64,000 bases of DNA. Source: Vicinamibacteria bacterium. GTDB taxonomy: Bacteria; Acidobacteriota; Vicinamibacteria; Fen-336; JAGNNV01. The stretch lies in assembly GCA_044229175.1 (NCBI GenBank), contig JBGATM010000006.1:2273-66272 (forward strand), given 5' to 3'. Of the stretch, positions 21,293 through 29,903 are shown one piece after another. Position 1 is the first letter of the stretch. Every line of letters starts with the position of its first letter. Both the position numbers and the translations under genes were made by a program. The notes beneath the pieces are model-generated. The model was given only the letters and a program-made list of their open reading frames with translations. It did no database searches and had not been told where the DNA came from.

Positions 21293-21865
21293 TCAGAGGG
21301 CCGCTTCTCCATGCTGGACCACGATCTCCATCTCTGAAACTCTCTCACAAAGCCTGCGTTGCCTCACCAGCGGCCACCAGTCGTAGAGGAGGACCTCGAG
21401 CGGCCGCCACATCGCCACCCATCCGATGATGACCAGGCCCTCGCGCAGGATCTGTCGCAGCGTCCCCGACGGCACCCATTTCGTGAGTTCGGCGAGGGTA
21501 AGGAACACGGTGAGCACCACCAGGCCCACCACCAGGATCATCTCGCCCTGCCGCACATGTTCGCGAATGCGGCGGCTCAGCCTCTCGACCTCGTACCGGA
21601 AGTGGGCGCGAACCGCTTCCACGAAAGTATCGGGGGAAATCTGCCGGGCCGGCTCCGCGATCCAGAACACCATCTTGATGGGAGCCTTGGGTGAAATCTC
21701 CTGGATGGCGCCGAGGATGTATTCCACCGCGTCGTCATCGAGGTCGCGCTCGTGAAAAGGCGCGGGATCCCGCCCATCGAACAGCTGATCGGCGTTCCTC
21801 AGTTTGATGTCGATGCAGGTCTTGCCCCCTTCATGGCGATAACGCGGCGGCGTGCTCCTGCGCAT
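21293..21865 (-). CDS. hypothetical membrane protein (two TM helices)
   Basis: QLFDGRDPAPFHERDLD N-terminal motif, IIGWVAMWRPLEVLLYDWWP; AAGGAGG SD. Confidence 0.75.
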   Translation of the reverse strand: MRRSTPPRYRHEGGKTCIDIKLRNADQLFDGRDPAPFHERDLDDDAVEYILGAIQEISPKAPIKMVFWIAEPARQISPDTFVEAVRAHFRYEVERLSRRIREHVRQGEMILVVGLVVLTVFLTLAELTKWVPSGTLRQILREGLVIIGWVAMWRPLEVLLYDWWPLVRQRRLCERVSEMEIVVQHGEAAL

Positions 21866-21877
21866 GGGCCCTCCTTC

Positions 21878-22450
21878 CTAGGCGTCCTCGACCGGCTCCA
21901 CGAAGCGACGCGACGAGGCGCGGTAGAGATAGTGAAGGCCCGACCCCACGGTCAGAACGCCGGTGGTCACGAAAACGAGATCGAGAAGGGGCTTGGGAAT
22001 CGCGGTCAGGTTCGCGGCGAAAGCGAGGGCCACGCAGATCATCTGGGCCGCGGTGCTCGCCTTCCCGAGCCCGGTCGGCGAAAAGCCCTTCCGGTTCGAA
22101 ACGAAGGCGATGGCGAGGGCGCTCACCACGATGATGGCGTCGCGGGAGAGAACCATGACGGTCAGCCACTTCGGGATGTGGACGGGCACCGTGTCGGCGA
22201 AGGAGAGGGCCACGAAGGCGGAACCGAGCAGCATCTTGTCCGCAAGGGGATCGAGGATGGCCCCGAGCGCGGTGCGCTGCTTGTAGTACCGGGCGATCAG
22301 GCCGTCGAACGCGTCGGTGACTCCGCCGAGGAAGAAGACCGCGATCGCGGCCCGAAGGTGGCCGTCGAGGGTCAGGGCCACGAACACCGGCGCGCAGATC
22401 ATCCTGAGGATGGTGAGCTGATTCGGGAAACCGAGGATGGGCTCAGACAT
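21878..22450 (-). CDS. CDP-alcohol phosphatidyltransferase (PgsA/Cls-II-like)
   Basis: PNQLTILR, TDAFDGLIAR, GAILDPLADK signature. Confidence 0.92.
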   Translation of the reverse strand: MSEPILGFPNQLTILRMICAPVFVALTLDGHLRAAIAVFFLGGVTDAFDGLIARYYKQRTALGAILDPLADKMLLGSAFVALSFADTVPVHIPKWLTVMVLSRDAIIVVSALAIAFVSNRKGFSPTGLGKASTAAQMICVALAFAANLTAIPKPLLDLVFVTTGVLTVGSGLHYLYRASSRRFVEPVEDA

Positions 22451-22456
22451 GGCGGA

Positions 22457-25400
22457 TCATGATGGACGAGGCCCGCTGCCGCGGAGAGATTCGAGCGGCG
22501 TGCCCCCTTCGTGCGGAAGGCCCTTCACCGTGGTGAACACGACCGAGAGGCCGAGATCCTTCAAGGCCTCCACCGTGCCGCCCGTGACCGGGCCGTCGGC
22601 CGCGGACGCGATGCCCACCGCGCAGTTGCGCCCGGCGCGCTTGGCCCGGTAGAGACCGCGGTCGGCCAGCCGCACCACGTCCTCGGGATGAGGCTCGGCG
22701 CCGGTGACGGAGTAGGGGAAAGCCGCCCACCCGATGGAGGTGGTGATGCGGACGCCGCCTGTGGGACCGATCGGATACGGCTCGTGCGAGATCGCGGACA
22801 GGATCCGGGACGCCATCTCGGGAGCCTCGCTTCGCTGGCAATCGAGGGAGACGACCAGGAACTCCTCGCCGCCCCAGCGGATCAGCCGGTCGGTCCGCCG
22901 CAAGAGCCCCTGCAGCCGGCGCGCAGTCTCCTGAAGAACCGCGTCCCCGCCCGCGTGGCCGAACAGGTCGTTCACGGTCTTGAAGCGATCGAGGTCGAGC
23001 AGGAAGAACAAGGCGTCCCGATTGGGATCGCCGCCGCTGCGCCTCTCGTCGAAGCGCCGCTTCAGGAGGCGCAGCTCGTCTTCGACCACCTCCGAGAAGT
23101 ATCGCCGGTTCCGCAGACCAGTCAGCATGTCGGTGAGCGAGAGCTCCTGAAGCCTCAGGTTCGCGACCTCCAGGTCCGCGCGGCCGGCCTTCACCGCGGC
23201 GGCGAGGGCGAGGCGCTCGAGCTCGATGGCTCGCACCCTCCACTGGTAGAGCCCATAGGCCCCGCCCATGGCCGCGAGAACCGCGGCCACTCGAAACGGC
23301 CAGGCCTCCCACAAGCGGGCGTCCGCCTCGACCTCGAGCGATACCGGGCTCGACTTGCGGCCGTACCGATCCTCGGCCTCCACCTCCAGCCGGTAATCGC
23401 CGGGGGGAACATTGGAGAGGGGAATGTGGGGATCCGAGGACCAGGGCGACCATTCGTCGGTCTCGCCGAGAAGACGGTACCGATAGCGGGCCTTGCGCGA
23501 GGCCACGGGGTCGGAGAGCTGCGCATGCAGATCGATGGAATTGGGCCGCGGGCCAAGGAGCAGGGTCTCCTTGTCCTGGTCGAGCCGCAGGCGGCTCGGG
23601 GGCGGGGGCGCGGTGGGCGGATCGAACCGGCCGATGCCGTTCAGGAGCGTGAACCAGAGCTGCCCTGCCCGGCCTTCGCGAAGTGAGAGATACCGGAAAT
23701 CGGAGTCCTCCAGATCGGCGGAGGTGAGGATGGTCTGCTCGACCGCGCCCGAAGGGAGGCGGATCTGCGAGAGCCGATCTCCTCCGTGCGCGGCCAGGTA
23801 GCGGTCGCCCATCTTCAGCAGCGAAAAAACGGACAGCCAGGAAATCCCCTCCGGCCCCTTCGAGAGGAGAACCTTCCCGTTCGAGCCCGGGACGGAGAGG
23901 AAGGCGGAAACGCCATTCTCGAAGGTGACCACCACGCCGCGATCGGGCGAGGGGCCCACGAACTCCACTTGCCGGCCGGGAGGAAGAGTGACCGGCGCCA
24001 CCCGCTGGGTCGCGGTGTCGATCACGTCGAGCGTGCCCTGGCGGGTGGCCACCCAGAGAAACCCCTGGGTATCCATGGCCGCCACCCACGGATTGCCGCT
24101 CGGAAAGGGAACGCCCTGCGCTTCCTGCCCGCCCCTTTCGAGCCGGTAGACCCCGAGCTGCGAGACCGCCCAGAGCGCTCCGCCGCGATCCCGGTGGACG
24201 GCGGTGACGAAACGGTCGCGCAGCATCTCGAAACGCGGGTCGTGCTGGACCCGCACGTTGTCCGTCGCGCGGGAGGCTCTCGACACGAAGCCGACGCCGC
24301 CGTCCATGGCGAAGAGCAGGCCTCCGCCCGGATCCTCCTCGATGCCGTAGATGGTGAGCGCATCGAAACCCTCGACCCGCGCCTCTCCCGACGAGATGGG
24401 GTTCCCCGCGTCATCGGTGCGGAAGTGGAGGATGCGACGCTCGTTGGAGACCCAGTGCACGCCGTTCTTGTCCACGTCGATGGATCTGAAGCTCTCCTTG
24501 TCCGACCGGAGGAAACGCACGCCCCGGCCCATCAGGAGCAGGTTGAGGCCAGTCTCGATGGTGCCCATCCACAACTGGCCTTCCCGGTCGTTCATAAGGG
24601 TGACCACGGCGGCGCGCGCGCGGTCGTTGCGCGACTTCACGGGAACGAGGAGGCGCCCTTCCATGGTCATCACCCCGGTGTTCGTGCCCACGAACACCTG
24701 GCCCGCGGGGGTGAGCGCCAGCGACCGATGCCCCGTCCCGGTGTCCTGCGGAAACGGGGTCGTCTCCACCACCGCCCCCGCGGCCACGGAGAGGACGGAC
24801 AGGCCGCGGGCCGACGTGAAATAGACCTTGCCCCCCGAGGTCGCCACGTGGTCGATGCCCACGAGAACGTCCGGTGCGGGATGGAACTGCGCGGACTTCT
24901 GAAACCGGGTGCCGACCGGTGCCAGACGGAGCAGACCGTGATTCCGGGTGGCGAGCCACAGGGCGCCGCCCTCGTCGATCGCCAGGTCCGTGGCCTCGAA
25001 GGCCATGGCCCCATCGATTCCCACCACGCCCCACTGGCCGCCGAAACAGCGAAGCACCATGCGATCGCCGGCCAGGGCCCACAGGGTCCCGTCGCGACCC
25101 AGGACGAAGCGCTTCACCGGAAGCTTGGCGGCGGCGGGGGGAAGCGGCACCGGCTCGAACCGGCCCCCGACCAGCCGGGAAATGCCGCCCGCGGTCCCGG
25201 CCACGATGGCGCCCGAGGGCTCCTCGGCGATCGCGAAGACCGCGGAACGGGAGAGGCCCTCTTCGGGACCGAAGGCCACGATGGCGGGGCCGCCGAGTTC
25301 CGCGAGTCCGGCGGTGGTGCCCGCCCACAGCGCGCCATACCTGTCCTGATAGAGGCTCAGGACCTGGACCGCGGGCAGGCCTTCGCGCAGGGAGAAGTTC

Positions 25401-25465
25401 GCGTCCGGGACCACGAATTCCAGTTTCGCGGCCAGGAGCAGGGCGGTCGCGAGGCTGGTGAACAT
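22457..25465 (-). CDS. membrane diguanylate cyclase with periplasmic beta-propeller + Y_Y_Y sensor
   Basis: Signal peptide, repeated D..G.LW.GT propeller blades, YRYRLLG...PPGDYRLEV, TM helix, SLTDMLTGLRNRR, DLDRFK.VND, RRTD I-site, GGEEF; start trimmed to MFTSL. Confidence 0.9.
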   Translation of the reverse strand: MFTSLATALLLAAKLEFVVPDANFSLREGLPAVQVLSLYQDRYGALWAGTTAGLAELGGPAIVAFGPEEGLSRSAVFAIAEEPSGAIVAGTAGGISRLVGGRFEPVPLPPAAAKLPVKRFVLGRDGTLWALAGDRMVLRCFGGQWGVVGIDGAMAFEATDLAIDEGGALWLATRNHGLLRLAPVGTRFQKSAQFHPAPDVLVGIDHVATSGGKVYFTSARGLSVLSVAAGAVVETTPFPQDTGTGHRSLALTPAGQVFVGTNTGVMTMEGRLLVPVKSRNDRARAAVVTLMNDREGQLWMGTIETGLNLLLMGRGVRFLRSDKESFRSIDVDKNGVHWVSNERRILHFRTDDAGNPISSGEARVEGFDALTIYGIEEDPGGGLLFAMDGGVGFVSRASRATDNVRVQHDPRFEMLRDRFVTAVHRDRGGALWAVSQLGVYRLERGGQEAQGVPFPSGNPWVAAMDTQGFLWVATRQGTLDVIDTATQRVAPVTLPPGRQVEFVGPSPDRGVVVTFENGVSAFLSVPGSNGKVLLSKGPEGISWLSVFSLLKMGDRYLAAHGGDRLSQIRLPSGAVEQTILTSADLEDSDFRYLSLREGRAGQLWFTLLNGIGRFDPPTAPPPPSRLRLDQDKETLLLGPRPNSIDLHAQLSDPVASRKARYRYRLLGETDEWSPWSSDPHIPLSNVPPGDYRLEVEAEDRYGRKSSPVSLEVEADARLWEAWPFRVAAVLAAMGGAYGLYQWRVRAIELERLALAAAVKAGRADLEVANLRLQELSLTDMLTGLRNRRYFSEVVEDELRLLKRRFDERRSGGDPNRDALFFLLDLDRFKTVNDLFGHAGGDAVLQETARRLQGLLRRTDRLIRWGGEEFLVVSLDCQRSEAPEMASRILSAISHEPYPIGPTGGVRITTSIGWAAFPYSVTGAEPHPEDVVRLADRGLYRAKRAGRNCAVGIASAADGPVTGGTVEALKDLGLSVVFTTVKGLPHEGGTPLESLRGSGPRPS

Positions 25466-25545
25466 GGCGCATGGCAAGTTTAAGCCCCTCGGAAATTCAG
25501 GACCGCGGGCGGCCTGCAGGGACTCACGGCGGTCGTCGATAATGG

Positions 25546-27207
25546 ATGTCGATGAACGCCGATACGCCAAAGGTCGTCGCTCCGCCGCGCCCCGAGGATC
25601 GCCGTCCCATGGTGGGCTGGTTCGATCCCGCACCCCTGCTCGTCACCGGCTTCGACGTCCTCGTCTCGACCCTGTTCGGCCGTCACTCGGACTACCGCCT
25701 CCTCGAAGCCCTCGCGGCTGGAGGCGGGGACGAGATCCACGACTACACGAAGCTCAAAGACGCTCCGCGCGAGGAGTTGTGGCTCGACTACATCGCCGAC
25801 ACCGGCGACGGCTGGAACTCCACCTACGCGGTGGCCTACTGGTGCTCGCGCCCGGCGCTTTCCGTGGCGACCTCCTACGGGGCGACCTCCAAGACGCGCA
25901 CCGGGGACATTCTCGTCTTCGGCGGCGACGAGGTGTACCCGGCGGCATCGCGCCTCGACTACCACCACCGCCTGGTGAAGCCCTTCGAGACCGCGCGGAA
26001 CTACTCCCCCGAACCCGAGCCGCATGTCTTCGCCATTCCGGGCAATCACGACTGGTACGACTCGCTCGTCTCCTTCTCGCGCCTCTTCTGCAGCGGCCGC
26101 TGGTTCCAGGGCTGGCGCACCCGCCAGAAGCGGAGCTACTTCGCGCTCCGGCTGCCCCAGCGGATCTGGCTGATCGGCGCGGACGTCCAGCTCGGCTCGG
26201 ACATCGACGCCCTGCAGATCCAGTACTTCAAGAAGGTCGCCGCGCAGATGGAGGCAGGCGACCGGATCGTCATCTGCACGGCCGAGCCGCACTGGGTCTA
26301 CGCGACCGCGTACGAGGATCTCGACCCCGAGTACAACGAGAACAACCTGCACTACTTCGAGAAGGTGCTGCAGCGGAACGGAGCTTCGATCGTCGCCTAC
26401 ATCGCGGGCGACCTTCATCACTACCGCCGTCACGCGAACCCTGCGGGCGTTCAGAAGATCACCGCGGGCGGGGGCGGAGCCTTTCTGCATCCGACCCACG
26501 CGCCCGACGCCTCGAAGCTCGATGGCGGCTTCGCTCTGCGCAGCGCCTATCCCGCGGAGCCGGTCTCGCGGCGACTCGCCTGGCGGAACCTCCTCTTCCC
26601 GCTCATCAATCCGAAATTCGGCCTGGCCATGGGGACGCTGTATGGGCTGCTCGGCTATTTCTGGAATCAGGGTCAGGGGATGCTCCTCGGCCCCCTGCTG
26701 CTCGTCCTCGGCTTCGTCCTGTTCACCGACACGCACTCGGTCTGGTACAAGCGCCTCGCCGGAACCGCGCACGGCCTGGCGCACACCGCGGCCTGCTGGG
26801 CGCTGCTGACTTCCATTCGAAGACTGACCCTGGCGCTCGGAATCACGCACCCGATCGCCGCCGAGGCCTTCAGCGGCGCGCTGATGTTCGCGGAGGGAGC
26901 GATCGTGGGTTCGTTCCTGATGGGCGTCTACCTGCTCATCTCGCTCAACGTCTTCGGCCGACATTCGAACGAAGCGTTTTCAGCCCTGCGCATCGAGGAC
27001 TACAAGAACTTCCTCCGCCTCCACATCGCGAAGGACGGCACGCTCACGATCTTCCCCATCGGCATCGAACGCGTCCCGCGGCGATGGAAGGCCACGGGCT
27101 CCACGTCACCGTATGACCCGCAGCTCGAGCCCGACGATCCCGCCTCGACACCGCCGCACCTGATCGAGCCGCCAGTGGTGGTTAGTCGACCCGACGCCGG
27201 CGCCTGA
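25546..27207 (+). CDS. calcineurin-like metallophosphoesterase with C-terminal membrane segments
   Basis: ADTGDG, GGDEVYP, PGNHDWYD, GDLHHY, GGGGAFLHPTH; TM helices near the C-terminus; start may be ATG 25552. Confidence 0.85.
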   Translation: MSMNADTPKVVAPPRPEDRRPMVGWFDPAPLLVTGFDVLVSTLFGRHSDYRLLEALAAGGGDEIHDYTKLKDAPREELWLDYIADTGDGWNSTYAVAYWCSRPALSVATSYGATSKTRTGDILVFGGDEVYPAASRLDYHHRLVKPFETARNYSPEPEPHVFAIPGNHDWYDSLVSFSRLFCSGRWFQGWRTRQKRSYFALRLPQRIWLIGADVQLGSDIDALQIQYFKKVAAQMEAGDRIVICTAEPHWVYATAYEDLDPEYNENNLHYFEKVLQRNGASIVAYIAGDLHHYRRHANPAGVQKITAGGGGAFLHPTHAPDASKLDGGFALRSAYPAEPVSRRLAWRNLLFPLINPKFGLAMGTLYGLLGYFWNQGQGMLLGPLLLVLGFVLFTDTHSVWYKRLAGTAHGLAHTAACWALLTSIRRLTLALGITHPIAAEAFSGALMFAEGAIVGSFLMGVYLLISLNVFGRHSNEAFSALRIEDYKNFLRLHIAKDGTLTIFPIGIERVPRRWKATGSTSPYDPQLEPDDPASTPPHLIEPPVVVSRPDAGA

Positions 27208-27252
27208 CGTCCACCAGGCCCACCTCGCATCCGCACCGCCTAAGATGGCGCC

Positions 27253-28056
27253 GTGACTTCCAGATCAGGATCAGGACAGACCGCGCTCGTGACCGGGGCG
27301 TCTTTGGGAATCGGAGTCGACCTTGCCGAGTGTTACGCGCGGGACGGATACGACCTCATTCTCACCGCTCGCTCCGAGGACGCGCTCAAGTCCGTGGCGG
27401 CTCGCCTTTCGAGCGCCTTCGCGGTCAAGGCGACGCCGATCGCCAACGACCTCGGCGCCATCGGCGGGGGAAAGAAGCTCGCCGACGAAATCGCGAAGCG
27501 AGGACTCACCGTCGATGTGCTCGTGAACAACGCGGGTTTTGGCCACGCAGGAGCGCTCACCACGGCCCCCCTCGCGACCTCGCTCGGGATGATCGATCTC
27601 AACGTGCGCGCCCTGGTCGAACTGACCCACATCTACTGGGACGACATGTTGAAGCGAGGACGCGGGGGCGTGCTCAACGTCGCCTCCACCGCGGCGTTCC
27701 AGCCCGGGCCGCTGATGGCCATCTACTACGCGTCCAAGGCCTTCGTGCTGTCGTTCTCCGAGGCGCTGTGGGAGGAGGCACGCGGCACCGGAGTGCTCGT
27801 TTCCTGCTTGTGCCCCGGCCCAACCGCGAGCGGCTTCCGCGAGCGCGCGGGGACAGGCCGGACGAAGCTCGCCACCGCCGCGGCGGTCATGCCGTCGATG
27901 CCGGTCGCCGAAGAGGGCTATCGGGGCTGGCGGCGCAACAAGCGCGTCGTGATCACCGGCGCGCGCAACCGCGTGGGCGCGGAACTCGCCCAGATCCTTC
28001 CGCGTTCCGTCATCCTGCGACTGGTGCGCAACATCCAGAGTCCGCGGACGGACTGA
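27253..28056 (+). CDS. classical SDR oxidoreductase (DltE-like)
   Basis: TGASLGIG, NNAG, NVASTAAFQPGP, YYASK. Confidence 0.92.
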   Translation: MTSRSGSGQTALVTGASLGIGVDLAECYARDGYDLILTARSEDALKSVAARLSSAFAVKATPIANDLGAIGGGKKLADEIAKRGLTVDVLVNNAGFGHAGALTTAPLATSLGMIDLNVRALVELTHIYWDDMLKRGRGGVLNVASTAAFQPGPLMAIYYASKAFVLSFSEALWEEARGTGVLVSCLCPGPTASGFRERAGTGRTKLATAAAVMPSMPVAEEGYRGWRRNKRVVITGARNRVGAELAQILPRSVILRLVRNIQSPRTD

Positions 28057-28149
28057 TCCCCGTCGCGGCCCTGGTGACCGGCTGGGGAGAGCCCCCGACC
28101 GTCATTAACGAGCCGCTCACGTCTGGACAGTGACGCTTGAGACACCCCA

Positions 28150-28482
28150 GGTTGGTAGTGGTGAGAGGGGGTTGCTTCGTCGGTTGGCAGACGGACTGGC
28201 CTCCTCGCAATGACGTGAGGGGGATACTGACGGACAGCACGAGCCTGGTTGTGGGGTAACGCGACGTTCGGAGATCACCGGGCGGGGCTCACGGTGCGGG
28301 GTTCGCGGTGCGGGGTTCGCCGTGCGGGGTTCGCCGTGCGGGGTTCGCCGTGCGGGGTTCGCCGTGCCGACGGTCCCAGCTACCAATCCCGTGCTGTCCG
28401 TCCCGTACCCCCCTCACGTCATTGCGAGGAGGCCAGTCCGTCCGCCAACCGACGAAGCAACCCCCTCCCTCCACTACCAACC
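28150..28482. repeat. long imperfect inverted repeat (arms 28150-28241 and 28390-28482) carrying a GTCATTGCGAG...GAAGCAA REP-like unit
   Basis: Arms of 92/93 nt align as reverse complements with about 5-6 differences; lies between convergent SDR and glycerate kinase genes. Confidence 0.9.
28294..28363 (+). repeat. tandem repeat (GTGCGGGGTTCGCC)x5 plus a degenerate copy at 28280
   Basis: 14-bp units counted at 28294, 28308, 28322, 28336, 28350; the first unit ends in G rather than C. Confidence 0.95.
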
Positions 28483-29757
28483 CGGAGGCGATGGTGGATC
28501 CGGCAGGAAGATGGCCCGGAAGTCGTTGACGTTGGTGCGGGTCGGCCCGGTGTGGACCAGCATCCCGAGCGACGAGAAGAAAGTGTAGGCGTCGTTGCGG
28601 TTCAGATGGTCGGCGGGGTCGAGGCCGAGGGCCTCGGCGCGTTCGCGAACACCCGGGCCGAACCACGCGCCCGCGTTGTCTTCGCTGCCGTCGATGCCGT
28701 CGGTATCGCAGGCGAGCGCCCAGGCGGGCACGTCCAGGGTGGCCGCGAGGGCGAGGAGGAATTCGGCGGACCGCCCGCCTCGCCCCTCTCCGCGCACCGT
28801 GACCGTGGTCTCCCCTCCGGAGAGAATCACGCAGGGGCGCGGGGCGGGTTCGTCATGGTGGAATATCTGTCGGGCGATCGCGGCGTGAACGTAGGCCACG
28901 TCGCGCGATTCGCCCTGGATCGAATCCCCCAGGATGAGCGGGGCCACGCCGTGCCGACGGGCGAAGGCGGCCGCCGCCTGCAACGCGTGCTGGGCGGTGG
29001 CGATCACGTGGGTTTCGCAGCGGCTGAGCCGCGGGTCTCCGGGCTTGGGGGTTTCGCTCCCTGTCGAGTCGAGGTGAGTCCGCACCTTCGGTGGAACCTC
29101 GATGCCGTATTTGTGGAGGATTGAGAGCGCCTGTTCCCGGGTGGTGGGATCGGCCACGGTGGGGCCCGACGCGATGACGGACAACTCGTCCCCGGGAACA
29201 TCGGAGATCGCGAGCGTGACCACCGGGGCCGGCGCGCAGGCCAGGGCCAGGCGGCCTCCCTTGATGGCGGAGAGATGCTTGCGGACACAATTCATTTCGC
29301 CGATGTTGGCCCCGCTCTTCAACAGGGCCCGGCCGATCCCCTGCTTGTCTTCAAGGGTGAGACCGGGCGCCGGCAACGCAAGCAGCGCCGACCCGCCGCC
29401 GGAGATCAGGCAAAGCACCAGATCGTCGGCGGTGAGATTCCGGACGAGCTCGAGTATCTCCTCGGCGGCTTGCTCTCCTGCGGCATCGGGGACCGGGTGG
29501 GCGGCTTCGACCACGCGAATCCTCCCGGTCTTCTGGCCGTGACCGTAACGCGTCACCACCAGGCCGGAGAGAGGCCCCTCCCACCGCTCCTCCACCACCG
29601 CCGCCATGGCCGCCGCGGCCTTACCGGCGCCTATGACCACGGTGCGGCCCTGCGGTGGAACCGGGAGAAACGCGGGCAGGCATGCGGCAGGGCTGACCGC
29701 GGCGAGCGCCGCGTCGAAGAGCCCGCGGAGGAACGTCTCCGGCCGGGCTGTCGTCAC
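28474..29757 (-). CDS. ttuD: glycerate 2-kinase, class II (TtuD/MOFRL family)
   Basis: GAGKAA, AHPVPD, ISGGGSAL, VRKHLSAIKGG, GGETTV, DTDGIDG, TGPTRTNVND; GTG start inferred. Confidence 0.9.
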   Translation of the reverse strand: MTTARPETFLRGLFDAALAAVSPAACLPAFLPVPPQGRTVVIGAGKAAAAMAAVVEERWEGPLSGLVVTRYGHGQKTGRIRVVEAAHPVPDAAGEQAAEEILELVRNLTADDLVLCLISGGGSALLALPAPGLTLEDKQGIGRALLKSGANIGEMNCVRKHLSAIKGGRLALACAPAPVVTLAISDVPGDELSVIASGPTVADPTTREQALSILHKYGIEVPPKVRTHLDSTGSETPKPGDPRLSRCETHVIATAQHALQAAAAFARRHGVAPLILGDSIQGESRDVAYVHAAIARQIFHHDEPAPRPCVILSGGETTVTVRGEGRGGRSAEFLLALAATLDVPAWALACDTDGIDGSEDNAGAWFGPGVRERAEALGLDPADHLNRNDAYTFFSSLGMLVHTGPTRTNVNDFRAIFLPDPPSPPGW

Positions 29758-29903
29758 CTGGCCCTCGGGAACGGGATCGGCGGGGGGGATCTGTGATCTG
29801 ATCCCGCAAGCGGCCACCGATAGACGACGTCTCTATTCGCCGGGATCAAGGACACCACCTGGAGACTCTGGAGACTGCGGGGCTACACCGAGGTTAGGCA
29901 ACC

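Noticed and set aside
28280-28367. Possible CRISPR array
   Set aside because: Contiguous 14-bp units with no unique spacers and no cas genes; simple tandem repeat
28010-29124. Small ORFs across the palindrome (e.g. RHCEEASPSANRRSNP peptides)
   Set aside because: Translations of the repeat on both strands; no independent coding evidence
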